In this document: piece by piece, positions 58,918-64,000 of the stretch
Layout of the letters: the number at the start of each line of letters is the position of its first letter
Position numbering within the stretch: position 1 is the first letter of the stretch
Assembly: GCA_004022145.1 (NCBI GenBank)
Contig: RCNU01000005.1
Direction: 5' to 3' (one strand)
Source of the DNA: Paecilomyces variotii
Taxonomy: Eukaryota
DNA length: 64,000 bases
Position numbers and translations under genes: made by a program
Notes under the pieces: model-generated
What the model was told of the DNA's origin: nothing
What the model saw: only the letters and a program-made list of their open reading frames with translations
The model's database searches: none

Positions 58918-61900
58918 GCTGCGTGCTTTAGATAGCTTATGCGCAGAAAGGCCGACTTTAGACCTGAAGATGGATGGATGTGAATGTGAATGTTGAGTTT
59001 AGAAGTGATCCAGTGTCTATGAATATAATTAGTTACATGATCAGTAATAATACATAGCTGGATCTATTCTGTTGCGACGTCCAGTACATACATACCCTAC
59101 GGTCAAGACATGTCAGACGTGACGTTGAACCCCTGTCGCATGGACCCCGCTGCTAATCAGACCGGTAGTATAGCAACACAGCTCCAACTGAAGAAGCGTC
59201 GAGAATTAGACTAGTAGATTAGAAGCATCAATTCGACAAGCAAGGTCTGACAAGGGGATTTTGTTCTTCTGAATCTTTGTTTGAGATGTAAGAGGAAGGC
59301 AGCAGTTTATATCATGTGGTCCGTGCGGCAGTAGCCTGCAGTGCCAGCGGCCAATGAGAGACGTCGAAGTATTGGTTGAGATGAGGATATTGATATTGAT
59401 GATTACACAGATATATACCTAGTGGAATGCACGGTCGATTTAGAAACTCATTTACTCGATAATCATAACTATCCCAGCATGGAAATAACACCAGATTTGG
59501 GACAGTGCAGCTCATGCAACATGCGACAAGATGGATAAGCATAGTCTTCGCAAATAAGAGAATATCCGACAAAATATACAGCTATAAAGCGGTCCTTATA
59601 TTGTTTAAGAACCGGTAATCATTGAAATGATGTTCCATAGGCCCTCGTAGCTAGTTGCGATCTTCCCGCATTTGTTCCTGCTCACAAATATCTACAACGC
59701 ATAGTGAATTCGATCCTGCAGGATGTCTTGCAATACGATGTTTTTTTGTTCATCTCACTCTAGGCTACATCGCACTGATGTATGAGATACTACTACACGG
59801 CTTTTACTCGACAAGATCGATGGAACAACCCCTGCGATTGCAACAGATATTTAACCTTATTCAACCATTATTTACAATCAAATCATCCACGGAAAGTGAA
59901 GTTTTCGTCATGATACATTATTCTATGAACATCTCCCTCTAGTATACATCTAATTATATCATTGCGATCAGGCGAAGAACGTGTCCAAACTTTCAGCAAC
60001 CGATCCCAGATAGGAACAAGTAATAAAACCCTTAACTACATCATCCAAAAGATCCGCTCAGATGAAATAAAATATTATCCTCTTCTATATGTTACACAAT
60101 GAAACATGATCGGAAAGCGCTACCTGAGCTATACCGCTTCACAATCTCAATCGCAGCGTTCCGCGTCGGCTACTGTTCTGGCTTGATTCTAGACGAGTTC
60201 AGCTACGCAGAGGACGATTACATAGACCAACTAACGATATCAAGCGTTTGACAGTCTACTGGTGCGGAAAATTAAACTAACTAACTGAAGGAGCTACCGC
60301 AGTCTATAGCTAATATCGATGTCCATGGGCCCGGGACGCTGAAGATACATTTCCTGCATCCAAGTTTGAGAAGGCGATTTAGTTGCTTTTTGCATATATG
60401 TGAATTCACTTTGGGGTTTGAAATGCATTTATTCGAGTTCAACCTTCTGGAGTATCCCGCAAAAAGGATCGCCTCCTATTATTCTAAATTACTTCTGAGA
60501 GCCGTCAGTTATATTTAATTATGTGATACCATCTCACAAACAAGGTCAGTAAGCTTCATCTAAGCGACGAAAATCTCCCTGAACTTCATCATAAGAGAAG
60601 AAAGGCACATGAAGCTTCCCGCATATTATAGTATAGTATAGTTTACAATGTTTCTTCCAGGGTATTACAAAATGAGGTTTCCATATCAAAAATAAAATGT
60701 GCCATAAACTACTGCTGCAGTTATGTTATAAGGGAGTAGTATAGGGCAAGTCTAGCGCTTAATCACCTATTCCGTAGAAATTATAACTTGCTAGCGAATG
60801 CAATAATATTAACTTCTAAGCAAAAACAGCATTCAGTTTATTGTATTATTAACTGTATATCCAAAGCTAACGACATCGACTATAATATAGCACACTGCTA
60901 CTATCCCCAACACGTACGTTGGCGCAACAGCACTTTGGCTTCGTCACTAGCAGAGATTCGACCCTCTCTTACGAGTCATAAAAAAGTTTTTAAATAAATA
61001 AACCAAGTTTATTTCCATAAAGTTATCTCTGGGGTATTACACATACATATAGATACAAATTCTGTCAGAGCCTGCCGACAGGGCCCAGGCAAACCTCCTG
61101 TCGGGTTTCTCCCACGCGTTCTACTTAGCTCCACCCACAGAGGATAAATAGGCTAGAGAATTCAAGCTCAGCAAGCTCCGCTCCAGAAATTTCACATTTG
61201 CTAGTTAATTATTATTAATTGCATAAACCCCGTAAGTTCGAATCTAAGCTTTTACTAACGTTGAAAGGAAAAAAGAAGAAAAAAAAAAGAAAAAAAAGAA
61301 AAGAAAAGAGATTTAAGCATTTAACGGAATAACGGATTAACGGCTCTCTCTATAAGTAAGAACTGATTTCTACCCATAGTCTAAGGTCGTATCTTTCTTG
61401 CTTAGCGTACACTTTACACGGTACACTCAATTAATCTGTGGGAAGGCCTTCCTTCAGATCCATATACTGTCCCTAGAAAGAAAGAACATATTGCTTAGTC
61501 TAAGTGGTAGTTAATTCGCCAGCACAGCAGCAAAAAAAACCCTCGCATAACTCAAAAAACCACTCCTCGAGAAAATAATAATGCCCTATGAAACCGAAAT
61601 AGCGCATAATAATGAAAAGATCGGCAAAAGTACCCGAGTAGTCTAGTCTACGTAGTCAGAAATTAATACTCCGGAAATCGGAGGAACCAAGCCATCGGAG
61701 TTAAAAAAGGAAAAAGATCGACTCAACTCACAGAGTAAAACGCTTTTCCGGGGAGGGGGAGCATGTGACATGCAGAAATTAAGCTTGGCTGGGGGTTTTG
61801 GCTTAAGTGCGGAGCCGTTTTTGTTGGACTCCGCGTTCCGCATTGCGGAGCAGAGGATGGATGGCATTATTGCGGATATAAGTGGATGATTGCGGGGTGT

Positions 61901-64000
61901 TCAAGCCTTCAAGGTCTTGTAGTTAGAAACTTGGCTACTGAGGTATTATTATGTACCAGTATGGTAGGAATTTGCAGAAGGGTTCTTGGACTATCTGGTT
62001 AGTTGGAAACATCGGGTGGCTGATGACGGAATTCCCCCCAACGGGTCGAATAGGATATAGATAGCCAAATAAAGGAAAAGAGCAAAGGTCTGCGAAGATT
62101 CAGGAGAATAATAATTGTCATTTGACTGCAACTTAATGCAGAAAGTACCCCGGAAAATCACTGTCATGGTGTCTTCATCTGATTCGCGGGAACGTGGGAA
62201 AAGACCATCCCCTGATCCGTCACGATCCCCTCGCCCGAAAAGGCCGGCCGGCGTTGCGGGGCGAATGTCGTTCTACCTTCTAAGAATCTAATTCTACAGA
62301 GTACATAATTAAGTTCGAGACGGGCTCATTTCGAGTCAGAACTAATAATGCAAGTCGCTATCTAACTCATCCCGCATTTCATTTCTGTCTTTCTGGGCTG
62401 GGCTGGGTCATCTGCGAGACTGCGACAGGAGCAGGTCTACGCACGATGACGCTGAGCACGGAGCAATAACGGAGTCGGTCCGGGGGGACCTGGGGAAGAA
62501 GCCGTCGAACTTGTTCGGGTGGGATTGCTGGCTGGACATTTCATCTCATTTCATTTCGTTTCCTTGCTGGGCTTCTGGGATCGACGTCGAATCAGTTCCA
62601 GAGGTGTATCTAGAATAGACGATATCCGATGCCATGGTTCATGAAAGCGACGACCTGACACGAGACCGTTGTCTCTCTTCGTGTCCGACTGTTGAGCATC
62701 CCGATCGGAGAAATCCCCATCACGAGCAAGCAGCTCCCAAGTGGAGATGGCGGCCAGGTGGCCGAGCAGGGTTGTCTGATCTGGAAGGAGATCTTAAACC
62801 AAACCGCCAAATAATAATAATAATATCGATCCCTATCTACGCCGAAATCCTGCTATGTAGTACGTACCATACCATACGAAACTGTTCCGGGGGATGATGA
62901 GGTCATTCTCGCATGCTAGCAGGATGACTAGAGAGAGAAAGGAGAGAGAAAAGCCCATCCTACTACCCCAGGTTTGCCATGAATCCAGCCCCTCCCCCGC
63001 TTCATCCCGCAATGAAGGCCGATGGATCATGGGAGGCGGAGGATGACGCCAAGTTGGGCAAGGTCGGGCGACATGACCTCCAGCCAGGGTTGAGCCCACT
63101 ACTGCTCGATCAGGAAGAGAAGAAAAAAAAGCTTCACCAGATGGTACGGGCCTCGAACTCGGCCGTCGTCAAGGAACGATCGGCGGCGTAAGACTAGTAC
63201 CAATAATACATACGACATACATAACAGGTGGCCTGCCCGTGGGGTTCGACTTCTCCGTATGGGGTAGCCCCGTGCCCCCTTCTAAATTCTCCTTCCAACT
63301 GGAGCATCGGGTGCTCCAGGCGGTCCATTTTCTTCTTCTTCTTCCTGGAATATTGTTGCTTTTCACATCCACGGGATCCAGGCTGCGAGGACAAATAAGA
63401 AGAGGAAAACCCGGGACGAGATGATAGTTAACCAGTACCACTGACTCGTATCCAGCCTGTCGGGCACCTGGGGTTGGGTTCCTTGCCACGATCCCCAAGA
63501 TTCTCCTCCACGGATGCATCACAACGCGATCCTTTCTGCTGCCTGCTGGTGTCGAATAAGGGCCGCTTCCAGACTGCAAATGTAGAGTAGTAATAACTAG
63601 GCGCAGTGTCTGGAATGCGGTCCCGCAGCAGCTCCTTTTGGCGCAGGTCACGGGGGAGGGAAACACGAGGAAATCTGAGACCGATTTCCACGGTGGACTG
63701 GGCTAGAAGAATATGTGATACTCTACTACTCCGTACTCTAGAATCTACAGTACGGAGTAACTTCGAGTAGAGTAATTAATTAATCCAGACTAGATAATAA
63801 TCCTACCTACGCTACGGACAGATCCCCCAGGAGGCCCGCTAGACTCGATGAGAGACTAGCAGTAGTGTATACCAGTCGTCATAAGCAGTAATTCATCCCA
63901 TTACCCCCTGTGGAGCCCAAGCGTGTGTTCGGGATACGGCATGGCAAGGGCGATCTTCAGTTGGAATTGTTGCAGGGCCGATGACAGCATGCGCATCCCT

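Noticed and set aside
59000-64000. Short ORFs in the last 5 kb
   Set aside because: No domain-like motifs; looks like long intergenic or promoter sequence with A-rich tracts.

Overview
Filamentous ascomycete DNA (spliceosomal introns, dispersed 5S rRNA genes, Eurotiales-like genes; species not determinable). Positions 1 to ~32.5 kb look like the captain-proximal arm of a Starship giant transposon on the minus strand. It has an apparently intact multi-exon DUF3435 tyrosine recombinase (captain, 31915->28326, with a C2H2-like and Myb/SANT-like C-terminal extension). Cargo includes DUF3723, a pseudokinase, a ferric reductase/NOX-like gene, a MADS-box pseudogene, a DUF2786 protein, a FunK1 kinase pseudogene, a decayed Tc1-like transposase and several MITEs. 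The element appears to have inserted at a TTAC (minus strand, ~32476-32479) inside a UPRTase-domain gene, leaving only its 3' part. About 85 bp past that gene is the 5' half (nt 1-54) of a 5S rRNA gene, suggesting a second, outer 5S-targeting element, i.e. nested Starships. Further right are a HeLo-like/NACHT/WD40 NLR, two intact 5S genes with rearranged duplicated flanks around a Pth11-like gene, and then ordinary-looking genes (MFS transporter, Lcb2-type serine palmitoyltransferase, TACC/Slk19-like protein, FAD monooxygenase). Family assignments come from recognising motifs by eye, not from database searches. Exon boundaries are approximate.
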